From positions 77,079 through 141,078 of the forward strand of contig CAZLKB010000001.1 of NCBI GenBank assembly GCA_964560005.1: a DNA stretch of 64,000 nucleotides, given 5' to 3'. Below, piece by piece: positions 51,991-61,068 of this stretch (position 1 is the stretch's first letter; each line of letters starts with the position of its first letter). The notes under the pieces were generated by a model, which ran no database searches, was not told the DNA's origin, and worked only from the letters and a program-made list of their open reading frames with translations. The DNA comes from an uncultured Gammaproteobacteria bacterium. GTDB taxonomy: Bacteria > Patescibacteriota > Patescibacteriia > Patescibacteriales > GWC2-42-12. The position numbers and the translations under genes are program-made.

Positions 51991-52953
51991 TTAATATACC
52001 AGACTAAAAATATTAAATAAATAGCCGATCATGATAATTCCCAGCGCCACAATGCCGAAAAAAATGGCCAATAATTTCATGGTCATAACCTTTTTGAGCA
52101 TAATCGCTTCCGGTAATGACAGCCCGGCTATGGCCATCATAAAAGCCAGCGCCGTGCCTAGAGGAATGCCTTGGGCGGCCAGGGCGAAAACGATCGGCAC
52201 TAGCGTGGAGCAGCCGGCATAAATCGGAATGCCGATTAAAGTGGCGATCGGCACGGCCAAAACCGAATTGATGCTAAGATATCGGCTAAAAAAATCCGCC
52301 GGAACATAGCCGTGAATGGCGGCGCCTACGGCAACGCCGATAGCAATGACCAGCCAAAGTTTTTTAAAGGTTTTAAAACTCTCATTAAGCGAATATTGAA
52401 TTTTCCCTTCAAGGCTCTTGGGCAGATATTCGGGTGATAAGCTTTCGCCGGCAATTTGGTCAAATTTTATAATTATTTCTTTTTCCAGTTTCATTCTTCC
52501 CAATATCAGCCCGGCGGTTATTCCTAAAATAATTCCGGCCAAAGCGTAAAGCGCGGCGATTTTCCAGCCGAAGGTTCCGCCCATCAGCACGAAGACGACT
52601 TCATTAACCAAGGGGGAGGTGATAATAAAAGAAAAAGCGATGCCCAGCGGTACTTCCGCCTTTAAAAATCCGATGAAAATGGGAATTGACGAGCAGGAGC
52701 AAAATGGCGTAACCGCCCCGAGAATTGAAGCGGAGAGATTGCCCGCGCCGAATCTCTGCTTGGCGAACAGCTCTTTAAGCCGGTGCGGCGCCAAAAAAGT
52801 GCGGATAAAAGCGATGACCGCGATAATAATCAAAACCAGCAGGTATATTTTAACCGTATCGTACACAAAAAAATTAATACTGCCGCCCAGTTTCGAGGCT
52901 GAATCAAAATTGAAAATGGAATACACCAGCCACTCGGAAAATCGCTGAATCAT
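51991..52953 (-). CDS. Permease (COG0701/ArsP-like)
   Basis: 320 aa, polytopic, with the FCSCSSIP motif. Confidence 0.7.
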   Translation of the reverse strand: MIQRFSEWLVYSIFNFDSASKLGGSINFFVYDTVKIYLLVLIIIAVIAFIRTFLAPHRLKELFAKQRFGAGNLSASILGAVTPFCSCSSIPIFIGFLKAEVPLGIAFSFIITSPLVNEVVFVLMGGTFGWKIAALYALAGIILGITAGLILGRMKLEKEIIIKFDQIAGESLSPEYLPKSLEGKIQYSLNESFKTFKKLWLVIAIGVAVGAAIHGYVPADFFSRYLSINSVLAVPIATLIGIPIYAGCSTLVPIVFALAAQGIPLGTALAFMMAIAGLSLPEAIMLKKVMTMKLLAIFFGIVALGIIMIGYLFNIFSLVY

Positions 52954-52991
52954 AATTTAAGATTAAAATAAATTTAGTTTTTAATTAAATT

Positions 52992-53288
52992 CTAACAACA
53001 GCTCCCGCTTTTGCCGCCGCAACAGCCGCCGGCGCTTTCCTCGTCGTTAGAATCGCACTCCCCTCCGCCTGCCTGCGCAGGCAGGCCGCAGCCGCAGCCG
53101 CCGGCCTTATTATCGGTTTTAAAAACATTCTTCATAAAATTGACTGCGGAAAATTCTTGCTTGATATTCCTTGACTGGCATTTCGGGCAAGAAAATTTTT
53201 CACTCTTAGCCTCTTCTTTTTCCTTAATGGTCGCTTTGATGTCAAACGAATTGCCGCAAGCCGAACATTTGTAAGCGTAGGTCGCCAT
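52992..53288 (-). CDS. FmdB-type zinc-ribbon protein with Cys/Gly-rich tail
   Basis: MATYAYKCSACGNSF..CPKCQS. The tail is GGCGCG..GGCCGGKSGSCC. Confidence 0.6.
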   Translation of the reverse strand: MATYAYKCSACGNSFDIKATIKEKEEAKSEKFSCPKCQSRNIKQEFSAVNFMKNVFKTDNKAGGCGCGLPAQAGGGECDSNDEESAGGCCGGKSGSCC

Positions 53289-53316
53289 AAATTTTTTAAT
53301 TAATGAATTAAGTTAT

Positions 53317-53589
53317 TTATTTATCTAAAATATCCTCTAATAATTTTTTCGCGCTTAATAACCCTTTTTTGTTTAGAGAATAATATACCCACTTGCCCTC
53401 TTTACGGTCCGCGATCAAACCATTTTCTCGCAAAATACTTAAGTGATGAGAAGCCAAGTTTTGAGGCAAGTCCAGTCTTTTAAAAATATTGCAAACGCAT
53501 TTTTCTCCCGAGGCTAAATAGTCAACAATTCTAAAACGAATATCGTTTCCTAAAACGCAGAACAAGTCGGATGATTTATTGGTTAACAT
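53317..53589 (-). CDS. ArsR/SmtB family transcriptional regulator
   Basis: 90 aa. CVCNIFKRLDLPQNLASHHLSILRENGLI. Confidence 0.85.
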   Translation of the reverse strand: MLTNKSSDLFCVLGNDIRFRIVDYLASGEKCVCNIFKRLDLPQNLASHHLSILRENGLIADRKEGKWVYYSLNKKGLLSAKKLLEDILDK

Positions 53590-53752
53590 AATAACATATC
53601 AAATTATATTGATATGTTATCCTATCTTTATCTTTTAGTCAAACTCATCATATTTTATATCCCTATTATTAAAAAAATACCCTAATTCCAGAGTATTTTT
53701 TATCGCCGATTAAGTAGAAGCTTAGATGGCTGATCGTGCCGGTGCTGAAAAA

Positions 53753-53947
53753 TTATTTATCAAAAATAAACAGCTCGTCAAGGCCGATTTTTAAAACCTG
53801 GGCGATGTTATGAGCCAGCTTTAAAGAAGGATTATATTTTCCCTGTTCAAGAAAAACGATGGTTTCGCGCCTAACCCCGGCTTGGCGCGCCAGTTCTTCC
53901 TGGGTTAAATCATAACGGGCTCTCAATTCTTTTATTTTATTCTTCAT
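53753..53947 (-). CDS. XRE-family helix-turn-helix regulator
   Basis: 64 aa. [23 protein letters not shown]. Confidence 0.85.
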   Translation of the reverse strand: MKNKIKELRARYDLTQEELARQAGVRRETIVFLEQGKYNPSLKLAHNIAQVLKIGLDELFIFDK

Positions 53948-53956
53948 GGCTTAAAA

Positions 53957-54337
53957 TTATTTTCCCAGCTTCTGAAAATATTTGAAAATTAGGCTATAAA
54001 AAATTAACAAGGCGCAAATCGCGTAAGCCAGAGTTGAACCGATGGCTTCATAAAGCGGATTTTGGCCGCGCCGGGCGAATAAAACAATAATAACAACCGC
54101 GGCCATCGCGCTGAAAACCGATAGGGCGTATCTGGCGGCTTTACCGGCGATTTCATAATCCCTCTCGTCTTCCAGCACTTCTTTAACCTGCTTTTTCAGC
54201 GCGCGCAGAACCAGGATGAAAGTTAAAATTGCCGCCACGGGCAAAATGTAATTGCCTAAAGTTATGGAGAGCGAGACGATCGCGCCGATCAGCGCGGCGG
54301 CGATCAGTCGGTAAACTAAAAATCTTTTGGCTGTCAT
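53957..54337 (-). CDS. Membrane protein (DUF2178-like), partner of the XRE regulator
   Basis: 126 aa with four TM helices, directly upstream of the small XRE gene. Confidence 0.5.
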   Translation of the reverse strand: MTAKRFLVYRLIAAALIGAIVSLSITLGNYILPVAAILTFILVLRALKKQVKEVLEDERDYEIAGKAARYALSVFSAMAAVVIIVLFARRGQNPLYEAIGSTLAYAICALLIFYSLIFKYFQKLGK

Positions 54338-54541
54338 AAGTTTGATTTAATTATTAATATCTTAATGTTATATAATTCTAACATTATTGTCAAGCCCATT
54401 TGACGGCGCGGCAAAACCTAGCCATCTTTGTTGACATAAATTAATACTGGTGATATAAAATAATGTTAGTTTCGCTCCTTAAATTCAGTCAACATTTTTG
54501 GAATCACAATAGTTAATAAACAACCAAACGAAAGGAAGCTT

Positions 54542-55006
54542 ATGTTTACCGAAATTATCAGAGTTGGGCGACTTCAGAACAAAGAAGTCAATAAAAAGGT
54601 GTTGGAGGATATAAACCGACTGCTCAAGAAACAGCGGCAAGACGCGAAATCAATAACCGAAGAGCATCTTCTTGAGTGCATGGGAAAAATGGGGGTCGTC
54701 GTCGCCTGGGATGACAACGAACATGTAGTCGGCCTGGGGGTGCTTACGCAATCAGGAGGTCTCAACTTCTCTTGTGCTGAAATCCGTCATCTAATAATTA
54801 GCGACGGACAGGACATCTTGGCGGTCGGCGTGCGCATTGTGACCGCCCTCCGCGACATTTACCTACACGGAATTGAATACATTGACGCTGGAGTGTGGGT
54901 GCAGGACGAGGAAATAAAGAATGTCTTTACCGCGCTCGGCTTTAAGGAAAAACCGGGAAGCCGATTCCGCCTACGGACAAATCATCAGCGTAGATTGCAA
55001 TCATAG
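54542..55006 (+). CDS. Hypothetical protein (possible GNAT-like fold)
   Basis: 154 aa. SD AGGAAG upstream, C-terminal ..FTALGFKEK, and a strong terminator downstream. Confidence 0.45.
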   Translation: MFTEIIRVGRLQNKEVNKKVLEDINRLLKKQRQDAKSITEEHLLECMGKMGVVVAWDDNEHVVGLGVLTQSGGLNFSCAEIRHLIISDGQDILAVGVRIVTALRDIYLHGIEYIDAGVWVQDEEIKNVFTALGFKEKPGSRFRLRTNHQRRLQS

Positions 55007-55037
55007 CCCCGCGACAACATTTGCGGGGCTTTTTTTA
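55005..55037 (+). terminator. Rho-independent terminator
   Basis: AGCCCCGC..GCGGGGCT followed by T7. Confidence 0.65.
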
Positions 55038-55154
55038 TACACAAAAACAGGCTTAAAGCCTGTTTTCAACTTTTAGGGTCCCTTATGGAGCTATCTTATA
55101 ACTAATAAATTTTTTAATAATAATTAATTTTATAGAATTATTTTTTAAGATAAA

Positions 55155-55577
55155 TTACAGTAAGTCTCTTTCGATAGCCAGGGCAATACATTTTTTTATA
55201 GCTTTCTCGTTGGTAGCGTTGGCCCGCCAGTCACAATAATCTTCGACAATAATATGATTTGTTGTTTTGTCTACTCTTGTATAGCCAGCACATAATTTAC
55301 TCGAAGATATTCCTGCTTGAACCTGCATATCTAAATGGTGAGATCCTATGTAAATATTAAAATTTTCCATATTGACAGAAATAGCAAGAGGAGAACCTTT
55401 TTTAAGAATCTTAATTATTTCCATTTTATTACCATGCTGGCCAGGCAAACAAACAGTTTTATAAACAGAGGGGTCTGTTTCTAGAGATGCGTCCAATTTA
55501 TGATCAATATTATCTTCTAAGTTTCGGCTTCTTAGATTAGGATCTTCGTCTGGATTATTAAAATTTTTCTCAATCAT
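55155..55577 (-). CDS. Hypothetical protein
   Basis: Start moved from TTG to the ATG at 55577. No recognised motif. Confidence 0.4.
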   Translation of the reverse strand: MIEKNFNNPDEDPNLRSRNLEDNIDHKLDASLETDPSVYKTVCLPGQHGNKMEIIKILKKGSPLAISVNMENFNIYIGSHHLDMQVQAGISSSKLCAGYTRVDKTTNHIIVEDYCDWRANATNEKAIKKCIALAIERDLL

Positions 55578-55827
55578 AATATTTGTCTTCCTTAACAAAA
55601 ATTAAATAAAATATGAATATACCTGAATAAAAATTTTTATACTTTCATTTTACCACTTTCCCCAAATTAGTTCTAACCTCCCATTCCCCTATAGAAAAAC
55701 TGCCCTTACGTGAGGGCAGTTTTTTATTGGGTCGCGTAGTGGAGGATATCGGAACTATTTTAAAGAATACCACTATTAATATCGACATTCCAGATTTAAT
55801 TAAAATAAAATAAATTTAACCATAACA

Positions 55828-56775
55828 AACAGTTAGGTGATATAAAGGATATGGAACAAATTTAGTATAATTAAATTGTGAAGCAATTTAATTATAACTA
55901 TAATTTGCATCCATATGCTCAAATTAAAATTAGATTTTAACGACCGGCAGCTGCAAACTAAATTACGAAAGATTGTTTTTAAAAATGGCCGGTTAAAATG
56001 CCCCCGTTGCGGTTCGTTCATAATTAGGAAGGTTAAATCGGAGAAAAGATATTACTGCAAACGCTGCCGTAAAAAGTTTTCTGCTTTGTCATCCAGCTGG
56101 CTGAAAAATATCAAAATACCTTTGTCTCAATTTACTGTTTTATTACAGCTCTGGTTGAAAGGTTACGGTGTGGCTGAAGCCAATGAACTGACTAAGGTAT
56201 CAGTGCCAACTATTAGGAAATATTACAGTTTGTTTAGGTTAAATATCGTAAAATCCATTGATTTTAAAGCAGAAAACAACGTTCAGGTCGACGAAGCCTA
56301 TTTCGGCAGGTTTCGCAAAGACGGAAACATCTATCATAGCTGGAGGACTTATCATTCACCACCCAAGACCTGCGTCGCCGGCATCGGTTGCCCGGTTAAC
56401 GGGCAATTAGCTACCAGGGTGATAGAAGGAACCAAGGGAGAAAAGATCAGGCGGTTTATTCGTGAACAGGTTCCAACCAACATCCATGTTTATTCTGACG
56501 GCAGTTATATCTATACCAATCTGCGCCAGGACTATCATCACACTTCGCAAACCCATGATCTGGGATTTGAAAACGCCTATTACATCGAATCTTGCTGGTC
56601 CTGGATGAAAAGAAAACTGTTTAAACAATACCACCATTTCCACAAAAAGAATGCCGTAGATTATGTGTCAGAATTGACCTGGCGATTTAACACAAGAAAA
56701 ATGCAGAAAAATGCCTTAGATTATTTACAAAAATCACTTTGACTGTTCCACATCCTTTACATGACCCAAACAGTT
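55828..56775 (+). mobile_element. IS1595-family insertion sequence
   Basis: Imperfect terminal inverted repeats: AACAGTTAGGTGATATAAAGGATATGGAACA (55828-55858) versus the rc of 56744-56775, AACTGTTTGGGTCATGTAAAGGATGTGGAACA. One transposase ORF lies between them. Confidence 0.65.
55915..56742 (+). CDS. IS1595-family transposase
   Basis: N-terminal zinc ribbon CPRCGS..CKRCRKKF and DDE region VQVDEAYFG..VYSDGSYIY..ESCWSWMKR. Confidence 0.8.
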   Translation: MLKLKLDFNDRQLQTKLRKIVFKNGRLKCPRCGSFIIRKVKSEKRYYCKRCRKKFSALSSSWLKNIKIPLSQFTVLLQLWLKGYGVAEANELTKVSVPTIRKYYSLFRLNIVKSIDFKAENNVQVDEAYFGRFRKDGNIYHSWRTYHSPPKTCVAGIGCPVNGQLATRVIEGTKGEKIRRFIREQVPTNIHVYSDGSYIYTNLRQDYHHTSQTHDLGFENAYYIESCWSWMKRKLFKQYHHFHKKNAVDYVSELTWRFNTRKMQKNALDYLQKSL

Positions 56776-56843
56776 GACAAAATAATTTTATTATGTTATT
56801 ATATTCTGTTCAAATACAAAAACAAACAAAAACGGAGGTTACT

Positions 56844-57053
56844 ATGAATAATTGGAAAGCGACCTGTCTGAGCTGTGGGCGACAGTATGAGGTTGAAGCT
56901 CTTTCAGAATCTGCAGCCATTGAAGCTGCTAAAGCGAAGCATGAACGCGAGATGCAACATATCACAGTGTTGCGCTGTGACCAGGGACCTGTGATAAATC
57001 ATGCTTTCAATTTAACTCATCCGGCGCACCCGTGCGCACCGAAAAAATGGTAG
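56844..57053 (+). CDS. Hypothetical small protein
   Basis: 69 aa from the ATG at 56844. GGAGG SD 6 nt upstream and a strong terminator downstream. Confidence 0.5.
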   Translation: MNNWKATCLSCGRQYEVEALSESAAIEAAKAKHEREMQHITVLRCDQGPVINHAFNLTHPAHPCAPKKW

Positions 57054-57078
57054 GAGAATTTCTCCGCAGAAGTCACAA

Positions 57079-57118
57079 TGGCCGGCCTCATGTTGAAATA
57101 TGAGGCCGGCCACTTTTT
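57079..57118 (+). terminator. Rho-independent terminator
   Basis: TGGCCGGCCTCAT..ATGAGGCCGGCCA followed by CTTTTT. Confidence 0.65.
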
Positions 57119-57172
57119 AAAAAAACCGCTTATTTATAGCTGTTTTGTGTTCACTAAATTAACAAGTCGCTG

Positions 57173-57245
57173 GGTGAGATATGGGAATTGAACCCATGAT
57201 GCGAGTACCACAAACTCGCGTGATAACCACTTCACTAATCTCACC
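57173..57245 (-). tRNA. tRNA-His(GTG) with encoded G-1
   Basis: G-1 plus acceptor GTGAGAT/ATCTCAC, discriminator C, loop TTGTGGT, T-arm ATGGG-TTCAATT-CCCAT. Confidence 0.85.
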
Positions 57246-57252
57246 ATAATAT

Positions 57253-57723
57253 TTAAAAATCTTCGTTATGGTCATGCACTAACCAGTGGCAATTTCTGCA
57301 CAACCAAACTAGATTATTTAAATTCGTATTCTTTCTATTTTTATCAATGTGATGTGCTATGATTACTCTTTTATCCGTCAACCCGCATTTTTCACAAATT
57401 ATTTTTCTCCCGGACTTAATCAACTTATTTCTATAAACATGCTCACCGCCTTGCCAAAGATAATGATTTTCTCCCGAGTACACACCGTTCCGCCACTTAG
57501 TCTGGCAGGATTTACTACAGAAAAATTTACCACTCCTAGATCCTTCTATGTCCTTAGGCATCTTCCAAGTCTTTTTACCGCAAATATCACAATTTACATA
57601 CTTACCCTTCCTTCTTGATATGTCGGCACATTTACGAGAACAGTTCTTACCCCATCCCAACTTCAGATGATTGGGTTTCACATAAAATTCCTTATTGCAA
57701 ATTTTACATTTTATCTGAGGCAT
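57253..57723 (-). CDS. HNH endonuclease with N-terminal multi-CxxC zinc fingers
   Basis: IIAHHIDKNRKNTNLNNLVWLCRNCHWLVH. The stop lies 7 nt before the tRNA-His 5' end. Confidence 0.8.
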   Translation of the reverse strand: MPQIKCKICNKEFYVKPNHLKLGWGKNCSRKCADISRRKGKYVNCDICGKKTWKMPKDIEGSRSGKFFCSKSCQTKWRNGVYSGENHYLWQGGEHVYRNKLIKSGRKIICEKCGLTDKRVIIAHHIDKNRKNTNLNNLVWLCRNCHWLVHDHNEDF

Positions 57724-57875
57724 CCCTTAACTATACCACCCAAACCCCAAAATGTAAAACAATAGAGTTGTGGTATCATCTAATGCACTACCCTCATACT
57801 TTCTTTTTTCTTTAAACAAAAGTTGCCTCATCGGCAACTTTTATAATATAACAGAATTTGCTAAAAAGTCAACCT

Positions 57876-58406
57876 CTATCGTACTGTCGCCGCTACCTTT
57901 TTCTCTCTATATAATAACGCCAGACTGGCCTCGTAAGCTCCCACCAAGACTCCGGTATAGAACAAATCCCCTAATAGGCTGTTCCTAAAAAATGGTATGG
58001 CCATAATATATGATTGCATCAGACCGGCAAAATTATGCGCATAGAGCGAACCGAATGCCCAAACCGCTCCGTTGGTTGCCAGATAAAAGATAACACTGCC
58101 TAAAATCGTGCCGCCTAAAATCGTGCCGACTTTCTTGTTCCGCCTCACCCATAAGCCGATTAATGCCGTAAGCGCCAAACCGGCATAAACCGAAAGCATG
58201 ATGGGCAGGCTGTAAAAACCGATAAAAATATCACTAAACAGCATGGCCGCTAACGGCAAGACAATCGCCCATTTTTTCGGCAGATACAGCCCGGAAAAAA
58301 TCGCGATGGCGCCGATGGGCGCGAAGTTGGCCGGATGCGGCAGAAATCTGGCCGCGATGCCCAAAGTAATTAAAATAAAAGCGGGTAATAACTTTTTCAT
58401 GTTCAT
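57876..58406 (-). CDS. Small polytopic membrane protein, candidate vitamin-transporter substrate component
   Basis: 176 aa with about six TM segments. Last gene behind the cobalamin-riboswitch-like leader. Confidence 0.45.
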   Translation of the reverse strand: MNMKKLLPAFILITLGIAARFLPHPANFAPIGAIAIFSGLYLPKKWAIVLPLAAMLFSDIFIGFYSLPIMLSVYAGLALTALIGLWVRRNKKVGTILGGTILGSVIFYLATNGAVWAFGSLYAHNFAGLMQSYIMAIPFFRNSLLGDLFYTGVLVGAYEASLALLYREKKVAATVR

Positions 58407-58488
58407 ATAATTTTATTTAATTCGTAATAATTCGCGTCTAATTCGTTATTTCCATTATACCAGAAAATTCGATAATTTCAATACAAAA

Positions 58489-60156
58489 TTATAAACTAAC
58501 TCCACTATATGCAATAGCCCGAACAGTGTCCCAATCTAAAGCCGATTTCGGCAGATACTTATATACTTTTACGAACACACCAATACCTGCCTGCTCCAGA
58601 CTAAAATCGCGGCTGGCCGGCCGTAAGCCATAAGCCATTAGATCAATCGCTTCTTTATCATTAGTATTTTCCATATCCGCCTCTCGGCCATAGACTTTTT
58701 TAAACTCCGCTTTAGCTCTTGCTTCTGCCGCCGAATTGACCGTTGAAGGTAGCTGATTATTGCTGATTTTTATAATATTTTCCCAGTCAGTTTGAGTTTC
58801 CGGCGTATAACCAAAGGTTGACTTAAAAGAATTGAGCACACCGGCGCGCTCGCCCGCGCCTAACCTGGCGGTGCCAGGAGTTCCCTGCGCTATGAAATCA
58901 GGCGTCTGGCCGCTGATAATGCCGGCGGCTTCCGCGGCAGCACTGTCTAATAATTGCTCGGCCGAAGAGCTGGCGATTTTTACGCCCAATACTTCAGCCT
59001 CTAAATCAGCTTGATCGCCGACATCGGAAACCGGTTTAATACTTTCAACGGTTTCCGCCTCCGGCGCGACGCAAGCTCTCTTTCTCTCCGCATCTTGCTC
59101 GGCCGTTAAAGTGCAATTTACCGGAAAAATTGTTAGAACATTTCTATATTGCCAATTGTCAACGCAAGTATTTTGCCAAATGTCATATTCTACGCTCCGG
59201 CAGTCAACTGGAATAAAAATTCCGCCGCCGCCGGAAGACGGAGCCGGGTCCGGAGCGGGAATTTGATCCGGAATCGGCTGAGGAATATCATAATAGCCGA
59301 TGGGAAAACTCTTGCCGGCCAGAGCGATAACCGCGTATGGCGTCATAGCCTTATTATTAAACTCCGGATTGCCGCTAGGATCCATCCACCAAAAACCGCC
59401 GTCCGCGCCATCTTGCAATAATTGTAAATGAGTTAACGGACTATTGCCATTTTTTATCCAAGCGGCTGGCTGCTCGCCGATTCTATAAATAGCGGAGATT
59501 ACCCAGGCGTCAGAGCCGGAATCGCTGGCCGTGCCCCAGACCGGATCGTTCATAAACCCGCCATCGTCGTTTTGCCGAGTATGGAGAAAGGCAACGGCGT
59601 TAGTGATAACCGCGCTACCCGCATCCAGCCCCATTTCTAAAAGCGCCATTACAGCCGCGGCCGTGTCATTACTGCCGCTTGAGCCGCCGACCGCGTAGCC
59701 CCAGCCGCCATCGGCATTTTGATTGGCCAATAAAAAATCCTTGGCCGCGATCGCTTCAGCCGAGCCTGTCTTTTTGATTGAGGCCAAAGCTAAAATAGAC
59801 CAGATATCGTCGTTTAATAAAGTGGCGTCGCCCATTTGGGTGCCGTCATAGTAGGATTGTAATTTGGCGACATAATCAATACTGCCAAAAGTGGTTGGGT
59901 TTTCCCCGGCCGCGGCCAAAGCTAAAATAGTTTTGGCATAATCATTGGTCGGATTAAAGCCTCCTTCAGCTACGCTTTTCAGATGATCAATCGGCACGCC
60001 GGTTTCGCCGGCCGCGACTAGAGCCTGGGTAATCCAGGCGTCCGGAGTTTGGTTTTTTAAATAATCCACGGCTTCCGGTAGGCCCGCCGAGGCGGCGTTA
60101 GGCAGATAGATTGCTACAAGCGCAAAAAATAAAATTAAAAAAATTTTTGTTTTCAT
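58489..60156 (-). CDS. Secreted protein with prenyltransferase/terpene-cyclase-like alpha/alpha-toroid repeats
   Basis: Signal peptide MKTKIFLILFFALVAIYLPNAASA. Repeats QNADGGWGY, RQNDDGGF and QDGADGGFWW. The track ORF extends to 60195. Confidence 0.55.
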   Translation of the reverse strand: MKTKIFLILFFALVAIYLPNAASAGLPEAVDYLKNQTPDAWITQALVAAGETGVPIDHLKSVAEGGFNPTNDYAKTILALAAAGENPTTFGSIDYVAKLQSYYDGTQMGDATLLNDDIWSILALASIKKTGSAEAIAAKDFLLANQNADGGWGYAVGGSSGSNDTAAAVMALLEMGLDAGSAVITNAVAFLHTRQNDDGGFMNDPVWGTASDSGSDAWVISAIYRIGEQPAAWIKNGNSPLTHLQLLQDGADGGFWWMDPSGNPEFNNKAMTPYAVIALAGKSFPIGYYDIPQPIPDQIPAPDPAPSSGGGGIFIPVDCRSVEYDIWQNTCVDNWQYRNVLTIFPVNCTLTAEQDAERKRACVAPEAETVESIKPVSDVGDQADLEAEVLGVKIASSSAEQLLDSAAAEAAGIISGQTPDFIAQGTPGTARLGAGERAGVLNSFKSTFGYTPETQTDWENIIKISNNQLPSTVNSAAEARAKAEFKKVYGREADMENTNDKEAIDLMAYGLRPASRDFSLEQAGIGVFVKVYKYLPKSALDWDTVRAIAYSGVSL

Positions 60157-60202
60157 AAAATTAATTATTTTATTATTAAAATTATTTATTTTCATATTTT
60201 AT

Positions 60203-60244
60203 TGTTGTCATTGCGAGGAGCCCGTACTCGGGCGACGCGGCAAT
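60203..60244 (-). repeat. GC-rich hairpin repeat variant (..CTCGCAATGACAACAA)
   Basis: The rc reads ATTGCCGCGTCGCCCGAGTACGGGCTCCTCGCAATGACAACAA. Confidence 0.5.
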
Positions 60245-60266
60245 TTCATTAACGGGGTAGAATAAA

Positions 60267-60818
60267 TTAAAAACTTTTTTTCTCATACTTCCATTCTATA
60301 ACATCATTATTTTTTAATTTATAATATGACACGCCGACTTGAGCCGGTTGGCCGTTAACATAATATAGCCAATTTTTACCGGCCGGGTCATTCTTAACGC
60401 CATTAATTTCTTCAATGAAAAACCCCAGTCTGGAATAATCACGACTCTTAAAATCAATTTTATTCTGCTCTTTTAACAACCGCATTAAATCATAGACCGT
60501 GCTATCCGGGGAAACTTGCGCTTCATATTTAACTCCGCTGATTGCTAGATTGGCTAAAATTTTCTTGTTCGGCTCGGACGCCGGAGCTTTGGCTTGGTCC
60601 TGATTTAGCGCTCGTTCATTTTCTTGAGCCGCCTGCTCAGCCGATTTAGTAATGATTTTAGCCTGATTAAGCGCATTTGCTAAACCGCCGGGCGCGTCAT
60701 TACCGGCCAAGGACATTAAACCTACTTCACTGTTTGTCAAATGCTTCACGGTTGAAACGCCAACCCAGGCTAATAGCAGAAAAACTAAAAAAAATATGGC
60801 TAAATTTTTTACTTTCAT
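60267..60818 (-). CDS. Membrane-anchored DUF4430-domain protein (transcobalamin beta-domain-like)
   Basis: C-terminal TVYDLMRLL..GFFIEEINGVKNDPAGKNWLYYVNGQPAQVGVSYYKLKNNDVIEWKY. Start taken at the ATG at 60818. The upstream ATG at 60836 lies inside a repeat. Confidence 0.7.
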   Translation of the reverse strand: MKVKNLAIFFLVFLLLAWVGVSTVKHLTNSEVGLMSLAGNDAPGGLANALNQAKIITKSAEQAAQENERALNQDQAKAPASEPNKKILANLAISGVKYEAQVSPDSTVYDLMRLLKEQNKIDFKSRDYSRLGFFIEEINGVKNDPAGKNWLYYVNGQPAQVGVSYYKLKNNDVIEWKYEKKSF

Positions 60819-60831
60819 ATAATCTATCGCC

Positions 60832-60856
60832 GTCATCCCCGCGAAAGCGGGGATCC
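60832..60856 (-). repeat. GC-rich hairpin repeat, short form (GGATCCCCGCTTTCGCGGGGATGAC)
   Basis: 7-bp stem TCCCCGC/GCGGGGA. Overlaps the longer track ORF start. Confidence 0.55.
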
Positions 60857-60960
60857 AGAAATGCTTAATTACGAAAAACCCGCCCTGCTTCGAGCGGATC
60901 CGATAAATTTAACATTATTAAATTTATTTTCTTTGCTCGAAGAATAACTATATAAGTTAG

Positions 60961-61052
60961 TTATCAGCGTTCTGGCTTGTTCCCCCACCATCTTGGTGAA
61001 GGACATTACAGTTGCGGCACAGCGCCGGGTTTACACCGGACTTTCCTGATAA
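60961..61052 (-). promoter_or_regulatory. Cobalamin riboswitch-like aptamer (compact form)
   Basis: Minus strand: P1 TTATCAG/CTGATAA. Core GGAAAGTCCGGTGTAAACCCGGCGCTGTGCCGCAACTGTAA and B12-box-like AAGCCAGAACGCTG. Confidence 0.7.
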
Positions 61053-61068
61053 CTATTGTTGTTTCTAT

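Noticed and set aside
60961-61052. GGAAAGTCCGG looked like the P4 strand of RNase P RNA, and the hairpin-like shape also suggested SRP RNA.
   Set aside because: The structured region is only about 92 nt. It lacks the other RNase P conserved regions and the SRP GNRA/AGCA domain IV motif. The GGUG.AAA.CC...GCCGCAACUGUAA core, the GCCAGAA box and the gene context fit a cobalamin riboswitch much better.
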